A stretch of 64,000 nucleotides of DNA from Anaeroplasmataceae bacterium (lineage in GTDB: Bacteria; Bacillota_I; Bacilli_A; Acholeplasmatales; Anaeroplasmataceae), in assembly GCA_051874255.1 (NCBI GenBank), contig JBJEFR010000113.1:421-64420 (forward strand). The letters run 5' to 3'. Made by a program: the position numbers and the translations under genes. The notes under the pieces are model-generated. The model made no database searches, was not told the DNA's origin, and saw only the letters and a program-made list of their open reading frames with translations. Shown piece by piece: positions 15,985-25,021 of the stretch (its first letter is position 1; each line of letters begins with the position of its first letter).

Positions 15985-17679
15985 CTATTCTTCTTTGTCA
16001 TCATCTTCATCAGCTTCATCTTCATCTTCTTCCTCATCTTCATCAGCATCAGCCTCTTGAGGAGAAGGTGTTTTCTTATCATTATCTTCTTCATTAGCTA
16101 CATTTGTATCATCTTGTGATGTATTTACATCATCTTGTGTTGATGTATTTGTATCATCTTGTGATGTGTTCACATCATCAACTGTAGCTGCAGCATCATT
16201 TTCTTCATTATTAGCTGTAGGTGTATCCTCTACTTGTGAAGCCTCAGTCTTTGGTTTAGCTTCTTCGGCCTTCTTAGTATTTTCCTCCCACTTACGATAT
16301 CTAATGAAATCTAAAACCTCTGTCTCTGGCATAGGCTTTGAATAATAATAACCTTGACCATAAATAATATTTTGTGATTTAACATAGTCGACATTTTCCT
16401 TAGTTTCAATTCCCTCTGCAACAACTAAACGTTTTGTTAATTCAGCTGATTCAGTAAGCATTTTTACAAACTTTTCTCTTATTTCATCATTAGAATTTTC
16501 ATCAGCTAAGAATTTTCTATTAAGCTTAATCATGTCGATAGGTTCTTTTTGAATACGAGTTAATGTTGAATAGTCAAGCTCAAATCCATCAACAGCTGTC
16601 ATAAATCCGAAATCTCTTAGCTTCATTAGATTTTGCTTTACATTATCAACCTTTTCAAACATTGCAAATCCGCCAATTTCTAATATAACACTTTTTGGAT
16701 TTACTGATGCTTTTTTAGCAACTAAAATCAAATCATCAGCTAATGATTCATAGGTTAACTGCTTAATAGATAGGTTTAAGGAAATATGAGCATTTCCTTC
16801 CTCCATAAGCTTTTGAACATCACTTAGCATCTTTAATGCTAAAGTAAGTCCCCATTTACCTACCCAATATATATCACCTGATTGATCCATAATATTAATG
16901 AATTCTGCTGGTGGTAGAATACCACGCTTTGGATGGTTCCAACGCATTAGGGCTTCAAATCCATAAATATTATTGCTTTCAAGATTCATAATTGGTTGAT
17001 AATATAGGCAGAACTCTTTATTAGCAATAGCCTGCTTAACCTCTTTGAAGAACTTAAAGTTAGAAGTTTCTTCCTTAGTTAATGTATTATAGAAGACAGT
17101 ATATTTTGAACCGCCTTCTCTTTTTGAGATATATGTTGCAAGCTCAAGATTTTTAATTAAATCTGGAACAGTTTTACCACATGAAGGATATAAGCATACT
17201 CCTGCACTAGCTGTTAAAACGATTGACTCACTTGTAGATACAAACATTTTTTGTTTGACATCATTTAATAATGCCTCTGCAATCTTACAAGCATTTTCAT
17301 AGGTTAAATTTTCTTTAATAAAGATTAAAAACTCGTCATTGTTATACTTAGAAATTACAGTACGATATGGTAATCTTTTAGAAAATCGGTGTGCTAATTC
17401 CTGTAGGAATTCATCACATTGTTCTCTACCAAAAATTTCATTAATATTTGTAAAGTTATCTATATCAATATATATAAGTGTAAAATCACCAAATTTTCCA
17501 ACCTTTTTAATATATGAAGCGATAGCCTTATTCATATCATTTTTGGAAATAGTTTTATCATTAAGAACTTCATTTTCCTCTTTAAATCTCTTTACATTAT
17601 ATTTTATTAGGAAAAAGATTAGTACTGATATTAAAATTACTACTACTATAGCCACACATGCTAGGATTATTTCTTTCAT
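15985..17679 (-). CDS. Membrane-anchored GGDEF-EAL protein, degenerate in both domains, with an acidic repetitive C-terminal tail
   Basis: 564 aa with one N-terminal TM. The GGDEF position reads NNDEF. The EAL domain keeps FEALMRW, EGIE and QG, but has EIGG where E-x-T-E is expected and VDGFELDYS where DDFGTGYS is expected. The tail is rich in D/E/T/N. Confidence 0.75.
   Translation of the reverse strand: MKEIILACVAIVVVILISVLIFFLIKYNVKRFKEENEVLNDKTISKNDMNKAIASYIKKVGKFGDFTLIYIDIDNFTNINEIFGREQCDEFLQELAHRFSKRLPYRTVISKYNNDEFLIFIKENLTYENACKIAEALLNDVKQKMFVSTSESIVLTASAGVCLYPSCGKTVPDLIKNLELATYISKREGGSKYTVFYNTLTKEETSNFKFFKEVKQAIANKEFCLYYQPIMNLESNNIYGFEALMRWNHPKRGILPPAEFINIMDQSGDIYWVGKWGLTLALKMLSDVQKLMEEGNAHISLNLSIKQLTYESLADDLILVAKKASVNPKSVILEIGGFAMFEKVDNVKQNLMKLRDFGFMTAVDGFELDYSTLTRIQKEPIDMIKLNRKFLADENSNDEIREKFVKMLTESAELTKRLVVAEGIETKENVDYVKSQNIIYGQGYYYSKPMPETEVLDFIRYRKWEENTKKAEEAKPKTEASQVEDTPTANNEENDAAATVDDVNTSQDDTNTSTQDDVNTSQDDTNVANEEDNDKKTPSPQEADADEDEEEDEDEADEDDDKEE
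16105..16180 (-). repeat. Imperfect 21-24 nt tandem coding repeats (DDVNTSQ/DDTNTST units) in the acidic tail
   Basis: The word atcatcttgtg recurs at 16108, 16129 and 16153. Confidence 0.6.
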
Positions 17680-20138
17680 TAATTCCCACCTGCTTTTCCA
17701 CTTGTTTTATTTTCACTTGCAACTTTACCAGTTTTTAATAATGCAAAAGCATCTTCCTTTGATAAAGCTTTACCTATATAGTATCCTTGGATAATATCGG
17801 CACCAAACTTTGCAACGATATCCTTTTGAATCTTAGTTTCTACACCTTCACAAATTACCTTATCTCCTAATTCCTTAGCAAGAGATATAATTTTTGAAGT
17901 TAAAACCTTACTAAAACGGTCAGTTTCAATATGCTTAATAAATTCCTTATCAACCTTAATAGTATCAATAGGTAGCTCCTTTAAATACAACATTGATGAA
18001 TATCCAGTACCAAAGTCATCAAGATGCACAGAAATACCACGATTCTTTAAAATCTTTAATTTCTCAACAACAGTTTGGAAGTTTTCCATTAGGAATGTTT
18101 CTGTTACTTCCACTGCAATAGAACCTGGCTGAAGATTATTCTTTTCAAATTCATCAAGTAAATCAGCAACGAATCCAGCTTGAACGATTTGAGCAGGACT
18201 GACATTTACTGATATATGAATATCATATTGTTCCATTTCTTTTGCTGTTTTTAAAACATCCTTAGTAATAAAATTACCAACATCGATAATAAATCCATTT
18301 TTTTCAGCTAACTCAATATAAACCTGTGGAGATATTCCCGCATATTTTGGATTATTCCATCTTAATAAAGCTTCAAATCCACAAACTCTTTCTTGATTGA
18401 TTTCATATTGTGGTTGATAGAACATTACGAATTCGTTTTTAGCAATAGCTTGCTTCAAATCCTCTTCCATTTCTCTATCCTTTTGGGCCGCATTTTCTAG
18501 ATTAGTATCATATTTAGCAACCATTCTACCTGCAGAATTTTTAGCACGCTCACAAGCTATTCTTAGCTTATCAATTAGCATATCGTGAGTTGTTTCACAA
18601 TCTCCATCCATATCAGATCCTAAAAGACCTACAGCAGGACGAAGCATTATTTCATTATTATTTATTTCTATAGGTGCCTTTAATTCATTAATTAATGTAT
18701 CTGTTTTCATCATCGCATCAGCTTCATTATGCTCTGTAGTTAATAGTACAAACTCATCTGCACCTATATGAAATACATGGTATCCTTCATATATTTGATG
18801 TAATACATTAGAGAAAAATGCAAGTACATCATTTCCGGCCTTAAATCCTAATAGGGTATTTACATTTTTAAATCCCTTTAGATTAGTAATTAAAAGTAAA
18901 TATGGATCTCCTACAGCCTTATATTTAGCTTTAGCTTCTCTATAACATCTATCAAGAACAATAGCATTATCATCAGCTGTTACAGCACTCTTTGTAGAGC
19001 TTGAAATTAGTATTTGTTCATTATTATATTCTTCAGTTATTACTCTTCCTACGATAGAATAATCACCGCTTCTTTTTAATGACATAAATTCAAAATAAAC
19101 ATTCTCTTCTACCTTTTCACCATTTTCATCTACTGGTGGTACATATTCAAGTACAAAGGCTTTTTGTGCCTTTATTGCATCAACAAGATTAATTCCCTTT
19201 ACTAAATTAAGCTCCGCAAGGGACTTAATAGGAACAATATGATTTGGAAATGCTACTTTAAATGATTTATTATATTTGACAATACGACCATTACTCTTAG
19301 CAATCAAAACTATATTAGCTGTTTTGGTATTTACACCTGCATCAATTCCTGATGATTTAATTAATTTCTTAATTAGTAGTATAAGTACCACTGCAAATAA
19401 AATTAATACTAATGAAATTCCACCAATATACGCAAATCTTAATTTTGAAAGATTACTAGAAAATTGAGTAACTAACGTTTTATCAACAACTCTAACTAAA
19501 TTAAATCCCATGAAATCTTTTATCGCCATATATGCGTCTATTTCATTATTATCACCAACTAAAATATCTAATTCTATTGTAAATACTTCATCAGATGCTA
19601 ATCCTTCAATACATTTATTTACTAAAGCCTCATCATTTGATTTACTTAAGACAGTTATAAAGTTGTTTGTTAAATAACTAGGATTTGATCCTAAAATAGT
19701 ACCATTATCAGCTACAATAAGAATAGGATTAATGTTTTCTAAGCTACAATCTATAGCAACCTTATCTAATAGTTCATTTAGAGGAACCTTTACTACCTGT
19801 ATATCTTTTTTTAGGTATAAAAAATAACCTGATCCTGATTCTTCAACATCACTTGCACTAGCGATTATGTAATTTGATTCACCAAAGACATCAATATCAA
19901 CATTAGCAGACTCAAATTTAGTAGAATCCTCTAAAAATAAAGCATTGTAATTAGATATTTCTGAATATATCCATGATTCGGCAGTACTTAAATGACTAGA
20001 TGTTTGAGCAAGCGCATTATCATTAGAAATAGTTCCGACACCTACTTCATAAGTCACTGTACATCCCAAGAAACATAAGAATAAAAATATTAAGATTATT
20101 ATATACGTTTTTAAGTCCTTAACACGCAACTCGCCCAC
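17679..20138 (-). CDS. Sensor GGDEF-EAL protein with a canonical EAL phosphodiesterase domain and a degenerate GGDEF (GADEF)
   Basis: 819 aa. N-terminal hydrophobic segment, a ~220-aa extracytoplasmic region, then a TM. The EAL motifs FEALLRW, NVS, EVTE, DDFGTGYS, KVDK, EGVE and QGYY are all present. The track start is GTG at 20138; a TTG at 20129 preceded by AGGTGG is an alternative. The stop overlaps the next start as TAATG. Confidence 0.8.
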   Translation of the reverse strand: MGELRVKDLKTYIIILIFLFLCFLGCTVTYEVGVGTISNDNALAQTSSHLSTAESWIYSEISNYNALFLEDSTKFESANVDIDVFGESNYIIASASDVEESGSGYFLYLKKDIQVVKVPLNELLDKVAIDCSLENINPILIVADNGTILGSNPSYLTNNFITVLSKSNDEALVNKCIEGLASDEVFTIELDILVGDNNEIDAYMAIKDFMGFNLVRVVDKTLVTQFSSNLSKLRFAYIGGISLVLILFAVVLILLIKKLIKSSGIDAGVNTKTANIVLIAKSNGRIVKYNKSFKVAFPNHIVPIKSLAELNLVKGINLVDAIKAQKAFVLEYVPPVDENGEKVEENVYFEFMSLKRSGDYSIVGRVITEEYNNEQILISSSTKSAVTADDNAIVLDRCYREAKAKYKAVGDPYLLLITNLKGFKNVNTLLGFKAGNDVLAFFSNVLHQIYEGYHVFHIGADEFVLLTTEHNEADAMMKTDTLINELKAPIEINNNEIMLRPAVGLLGSDMDGDCETTHDMLIDKLRIACERAKNSAGRMVAKYDTNLENAAQKDREMEEDLKQAIAKNEFVMFYQPQYEINQERVCGFEALLRWNNPKYAGISPQVYIELAEKNGFIIDVGNFITKDVLKTAKEMEQYDIHISVNVSPAQIVQAGFVADLLDEFEKNNLQPGSIAVEVTETFLMENFQTVVEKLKILKNRGISVHLDDFGTGYSSMLYLKELPIDTIKVDKEFIKHIETDRFSKVLTSKIISLAKELGDKVICEGVETKIQKDIVAKFGADIIQGYYIGKALSKEDAFALLKTGKVASENKTSGKAGGN

Positions 20139-20150
20139 CTACTTTTTTTT

Positions 20151-20179
20151 ATTATAACACACTATTTTACTATTGTAAA
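20151..20179 (-). promoter_or_regulatory. Sigma-A type promoter for the GGDEF-EAL gene pair
   Basis: Minus strand reads TTTACA - 17 nt - (TGt)TATAAT. The -10 box lies only 12 nt upstream of the GTG, implying a very short leader or the downstream TTG start. Confidence 0.55.
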
Positions 20180-20235
20180 ATACTAAAAACGCCTCAGAAA
20201 CGAAGTAAAGCTTTTATTTTACTACTCTCTGAAGC
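20180..20235 (-). terminator. Candidate intrinsic terminator after metG
   Basis: Long imperfect hairpin GCUUCAGA...UCUGAGGC followed by GUUUUUAGUAUUUU on the minus strand. Confidence 0.45.
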
Positions 20236-20244
20236 ATTTTATTA

Positions 20245-22167
20245 TTATCTAACGATATCTCCTGGCATTCTTGATGTTTGTAATAATTCTAAATCATCCT
20301 TATCATTAGCTGCACATAACAGCATACCTTGTGATTCTACTCCTCTTAGGACAACAGGTTTTAAATTTTTTACTACAACAACCTTTTTACCAACTAAATC
20401 CTGTGGATTATACCATTTAGCTATCCCTGATACAATTTGTCTTATTTCCCTACCAATATTAACCTTAAAGACAAGTAATTTATCAGCTTTTGGATGCTTA
20501 TTAGCTTCAATAATCTCACCTACGCATAAATCCACCTTATCAAAATCTTCAATACTAATTTCTGGCTTAGATGGTTTAGCTATTTCTTCTTTTTCTTTAG
20601 CTTTTTCACTCGCTAAAACGACATCTAAAACATCCTTATTTAAGTCTAATCTCTTAAATAAAACCTTAGCCTCTCCTACGGTGTAGCTACTGCTAGTATT
20701 GAATTCTGTAATTGATTCATATGATGTAGCTTCTGTATTTAGTAAAGCATAAATATCTTTTGCAGTTTGTGGTAAGAATGCTTCTAATAATACAGCTGAA
20801 ATTCTTATACTTTCTAAAATATTATATAGTACATTTTCAAGTACATCCTTTAAAGATTCATCTCTAGCTAGAACCCATGGAGCGGTTTCATCAATGTATT
20901 TATTAGTTCTTCTTAATAATTTCATTATAGCCTCTAATGAATCACTTACCTTGAAGCTATCCATTAGCTTAAACACATTGTTAACTGTATCAATCGCCAT
21001 AGACTTTAAATCACTGTCAAATTCAGTCATATCACCCTTATATGAAACACTACCACCAAAATACTTATTTGCCATCGCAATAGTTCTATTTACTAAATTT
21101 CCTAAGGTATTAACTAAATCCGAATTATACTTTTCACATACTAATTCATATGTTAGGTTTCCATCCTGAGCAAAAGGAATTTCACTTAATACATAATATC
21201 TAACTCCATCCTTACCAAAGAATTTAATTAAATCATCTGTATAAATAACATTTCCTTTACTCTTACTCATCTTATTATGGTTCATTAAAACCCAAGGATG
21301 TCCAAATACCTGATGAGGTAATTCAACACCTAACGCCATTAATATTATTGGCCAATAAATAGTATGGAATCTTAATATATCTTTACCAATTACATGTACA
21401 TCGGCTGGCCAATACTTTTTATAAAGCTCTCCATGATTTCCATCGACATCATATCCGATACCTGTAATATAGTTCATTAAGGCATCAATCCAAACATAGG
21501 TAACATGACCTGGATCAAAATCAACAGGAATTCCCCATTTATATGATGTTCTAGATACACATAAATCTGGAAGAGGGTTTGCTAAGAAATTATTTAGCAT
21601 TTCATTTTTTCTACTTTCTGGCTGGATAAACTCAGGATGCGTCTTAATATGATTAATTAATCTATCCTGATATGTAGTAAGCTTTAAGAAATAACACTCT
21701 TCCTTAGCCTTACTAACCTTAGCTCCACAATCAGGGCAGCATCCATCAACTAAATCCTTTTCAGTATAATATGATTCACAATCAACACAATACCATCCTT
21801 CGTATGATCCTTTATAAATATCGCCTTGCTCATATAGCTTTTTAAAAGCCTTTTGAACCTGAAGCTCATGATATTTGTCAGTTGTTCTTACAAAATTATC
21901 ATATGAAACATCTACAGATTTATATATATCTTTTATCATCGTTGATATATTATCAACATGCTCCTTAGGAGATATATTTAAATCTAATGCTTTCTTTTCA
22001 ATCTTTTGTCCATGCTCATCGGTACCAGTTTGAAAATATACATCGTATCCACTTTTTCTTTTATATCTTACAATTGCATCTGATAAGATAGCCTCATAAA
22101 CATTTCCAATATGGGGCTTACTAGATGTATATGCAATTGCTGTTGTTAAATAAAATTTTTTATTCAT
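20245..22167 (-). CDS. metG: Methionine--tRNA ligase with a C-terminal tRNA-binding (EMAP/Trbp111-like) domain
   Basis: Start moved to MNKKFYLTTAIAYTSSKPHIGN, preceded by a GAGGTG RBS. Contains a KMSKS motif, a zinc knuckle CVDC...CPDC, and a C-terminal OB-fold segment DLCVGEIIEANKHPKADKLLVFKV. Confidence 0.93.
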   Translation of the reverse strand: MNKKFYLTTAIAYTSSKPHIGNVYEAILSDAIVRYKRKSGYDVYFQTGTDEHGQKIEKKALDLNISPKEHVDNISTMIKDIYKSVDVSYDNFVRTTDKYHELQVQKAFKKLYEQGDIYKGSYEGWYCVDCESYYTEKDLVDGCCPDCGAKVSKAKEECYFLKLTTYQDRLINHIKTHPEFIQPESRKNEMLNNFLANPLPDLCVSRTSYKWGIPVDFDPGHVTYVWIDALMNYITGIGYDVDGNHGELYKKYWPADVHVIGKDILRFHTIYWPIILMALGVELPHQVFGHPWVLMNHNKMSKSKGNVIYTDDLIKFFGKDGVRYYVLSEIPFAQDGNLTYELVCEKYNSDLVNTLGNLVNRTIAMANKYFGGSVSYKGDMTEFDSDLKSMAIDTVNNVFKLMDSFKVSDSLEAIMKLLRRTNKYIDETAPWVLARDESLKDVLENVLYNILESIRISAVLLEAFLPQTAKDIYALLNTEATSYESITEFNTSSSYTVGEAKVLFKRLDLNKDVLDVVLASEKAKEKEEIAKPSKPEISIEDFDKVDLCVGEIIEANKHPKADKLLVFKVNIGREIRQIVSGIAKWYNPQDLVGKKVVVVKNLKPVVLRGVESQGMLLCAANDKDDLELLQTSRMPGDIVR

Positions 22168-22236
22168 TAATAGCACCTCATTTTCAACATTACTATTATA
22201 TACCAAATGAACTATTAAAACAAATGTTTTAGTTTA

Positions 22237-24939
22237 CTATTCTTCTTTTACTTTCTTTTTATGATTATATATCCATAAGAAAGCATAAGCTATAGCATAT
22301 AATAGTGCTAATATTAAGAATATTATACACAACTTGCAAGACATTGCAATTCCAATAATAGATAATATAAGCTCTACTAATACCATTAATCCAGATACTA
22401 TTATAAATATAAGATTATCGTATTTCTTCTTTAACACTAAGATGAATACTAACACAAATATTATATATAGAACTATAATACCTATATTAATAAAATGTAG
22501 TATGCAAGAGCTACTATTATTTTCAATAAATACAAACTCAGATAAGCTAGTGACCATTGTTTTTAAGTTCCCATCTTCAATAACATATGTTCCAACCTCT
22601 AATGTATCAGATTTTATAATTTCTTTTGCTTCTCCAGCCACTACTAAAACCAATCTAAAGCTATTTAAATCAGCTGGTAGCTTAATGCTTAAACAAATTG
22701 GTTCATTTGTTATAGAGGATAAATTTATTTCAGTATTATTATCATCTACTAGCTTTATTTTATAAACATAGCTTACCTGCTCATTATTATTTAAAATAGC
22801 TTTGTAATTATCTGTTTTATCATTAGAAACACTTAAATTATATTGTGAAGGTAAACCATTAGAATAAATAATAGAAACATCATTACTCTCCATTTTAGTA
22901 GACATAATATCTAAAATAGCTTCCATTTTAGGTATTTCATTATAATTTATATCACCAACAAAACTTGCGATTACCTTGTAGCACCCAACCTCTCTTTGAC
23001 TATTTGACTCATATGTTACCTCTACTCCACTAGGAAGAGCTCCACTAATAAATATACTATGAATATTTCCATCATATAGGATTTTCTGTGATTCAAAGCT
23101 AATATTGGACATATCATAAGTAGCTTTATTTATAACGAATAAATAATTTAAATCTGCAAGAGTATTATCATTCCATATATAATTATCATTAATAGTTATA
23201 ATTACATATTGCTCTCCTGACTCAGTTCTTTTATTATTTTCTACATTGTATCCTTCGTGGTTATCAATTATATATATTTTTTCAGTACCATCATATGTAT
23301 AAATAGTTGTATCATATACTGGCTTTGATATAGGGCATCTATTAATTATAAAATCATATTCTATATCATCAATTTTACCATCATTCCATTGGTAGTTATT
23401 GTCAGTTAATGAAATTAATACCTTATAATTTCCAGCATTTGTTTGTTTATTATTAGATATTTTATATCCTGGATTTGAAGCAATAATATACTCTTGCTCC
23501 TGACCATTATATATATAATTATTTGTATTTTCCAATGGATACATTACACTACATCTACTAATTGTATATTCACTAAATATGCTATAGTTAACCTCATTAT
23601 ATAATACATTAACCTTAGCTTTATATTTTCCGGCAATAATGGGAGCACTAGATAATTTAGCATCAATTATTGAATAATATTCAATAGATAATCCTATTCC
23701 AAGCATTTTTTCAAGCTCTTCTTTTCCCTCTAATATGACATCAGCCTTAGCCCCATCATATTCCTTATCAGATACATTTAATGTAATAGTAACCTCGTCT
23801 TTATCATAATCACATAAATTATCAGTATTACTACAGCTTACTGTTAAAGATTTTTTATCTTCACTTATTTCAAAGGTCAAGTCATGAATATGTGAAGATG
23901 TTGTTATCTCTAATTCTGCTTCACTATTTACTTTAGCTATATATCTTAGTCCATCATTTAATACTGATGCATAATAGCTCGTTTTGGCGACAATATTATT
24001 GATTGAGGTACTATCTAGTATAGAAGCATTTTCTGTAATAGTACCACTAATTACTGTTGTTGTATCAAATAAAACCACTGACATTGTATCTAATATTTTA
24101 GCTCCTGAAAATATAACCATAGGAGTTTTTGTCATTAAGCCAATATTTTCTGAAGCCGCCTTTAATTCACCAAATAAATTAAAAGTACTTTCATTATAAA
24201 TATCATATTTAGTAGATTCTAATGATGCTTCATAAATATTTATAGTACCATTTTTATTATATATACCTATCTCATTTTGGCTAAATGAAGAATTATAAAC
24301 ATTTAATGTACCAGCTGCTAAATATATACCATTTTTACTATTTCTTATTATAGTATTATAAAGATTTATCACTCCACCATCAGCATAAATAACGGCTGCC
24401 TTTGATCCCTTATTTGAATTGCTTATATCTAAATTATATAAATTTACTACTCCAGCCTCCATATATATAAAATCACTATATGATGAAGAAATATTACCAT
24501 TAGAGATACAATCATAAATATTTAGAGTTCCATCATACATTACAATTTCCGTATCTCCTGAAATATTATGTCCATTTATATCAAGATATACATTTCCTGA
24601 TATTTCTTGATACTCACTATCAATATCAGAAGTTAAATAATAATAACCATCAGTGCCTATATTCGATAAAGAATTTATTGCCTCAAACTCATATTCATTA
24701 TCTTCTATAGTTCTTACTAATACCTCATAGCTGTCTTCACACTCACAAGTATAAGAAATAAAATAAGATCCATCTTCATTTACTCTTTTACTATTCTCAT
24801 CTAATACATAAGAATGCTCATGCATTGTATCAGATAATAAAGTTAAATTATTATTATTATCAAAACCAAATTCATTTAAAAAAATAGCGCAAGAAAAAAC
24901 ACAAAAAATTATAAAAATTAGCATTTTACACTTCTTCAT
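22237..24939 (-). CDS. 900-aa surface protein: signal peptide, parallel beta-helix-like repeats, ~4 MBG-like (YDG...AG.Y) repeats, and a C-terminal triple-TM anchor
   Basis: Repetitive N(L/V/I)YN...G(I/T)...N segments (for example GGVINLYNTIIRNSKNGIYLAAGTLNVYNSSFSQNEIGIYNKNGTINIYEASL). Repeats such as YTYDGTEKIYIIDNHEGYNVENNKRTESGEQYVIITI. The last ~100 aa contain three hydrophobic helices. No LPXTG. Confidence 0.6.
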   Translation of the reverse strand: MKKCKMLIFIIFCVFSCAIFLNEFGFDNNNNLTLLSDTMHEHSYVLDENSKRVNEDGSYFISYTCECEDSYEVLVRTIEDNEYEFEAINSLSNIGTDGYYYLTSDIDSEYQEISGNVYLDINGHNISGDTEIVMYDGTLNIYDCISNGNISSSYSDFIYMEAGVVNLYNLDISNSNKGSKAAVIYADGGVINLYNTIIRNSKNGIYLAAGTLNVYNSSFSQNEIGIYNKNGTINIYEASLESTKYDIYNESTFNLFGELKAASENIGLMTKTPMVIFSGAKILDTMSVVLFDTTTVISGTITENASILDSTSINNIVAKTSYYASVLNDGLRYIAKVNSEAELEITTSSHIHDLTFEISEDKKSLTVSCSNTDNLCDYDKDEVTITLNVSDKEYDGAKADVILEGKEELEKMLGIGLSIEYYSIIDAKLSSAPIIAGKYKAKVNVLYNEVNYSIFSEYTISRCSVMYPLENTNNYIYNGQEQEYIIASNPGYKISNNKQTNAGNYKVLISLTDNNYQWNDGKIDDIEYDFIINRCPISKPVYDTTIYTYDGTEKIYIIDNHEGYNVENNKRTESGEQYVIITINDNYIWNDNTLADLNYLFVINKATYDMSNISFESQKILYDGNIHSIFISGALPSGVEVTYESNSQREVGCYKVIASFVGDINYNEIPKMEAILDIMSTKMESNDVSIIYSNGLPSQYNLSVSNDKTDNYKAILNNNEQVSYVYKIKLVDDNNTEINLSSITNEPICLSIKLPADLNSFRLVLVVAGEAKEIIKSDTLEVGTYVIEDGNLKTMVTSLSEFVFIENNSSSCILHFINIGIIVLYIIFVLVFILVLKKKYDNLIFIIVSGLMVLVELILSIIGIAMSCKLCIIFLILALLYAIAYAFLWIYNHKKKVKEE

Positions 24940-24975
24940 ATTATCGCCCCCAATATTCTAATTTAAGTATATCAT

Positions 24976-25015
24976 AAAATAATAAAAAATCCCATTAAAA
25001 CTAGTTAATGGGATT
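24976..25015 (-). terminator. Intrinsic terminator after the giant gene
   Basis: 11-bp stem AATCCCATTAA/TTAATGGGATT (24988-25015) with a 6-nt loop, followed on the minus strand by UUUUAUUAUUUUA. Confidence 0.8.
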
Positions 25016-25021
25016 CATTTA

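Noticed and set aside
17339-17794. 151-aa plus-strand ORF spanning the junction of the two GGDEF-EAL genes, and similar antisense ORFs at 14170-14397, 19276-19467, 20894-21169, 22334-22765, 23984-24199 and within the giant gene
   Set aside because: They lie antisense to long, well-supported ORFs, and AT-rich antisense frames commonly stay open by chance. The same applies to the same-strand alternate frame at 30988-31203.
22168-22236. A T-box leader upstream of metG
   Set aside because: Only ~70 nt separate metG from the preceding stop codon. That is far too short for a T-box, and no specifier or T-box motif was seen.
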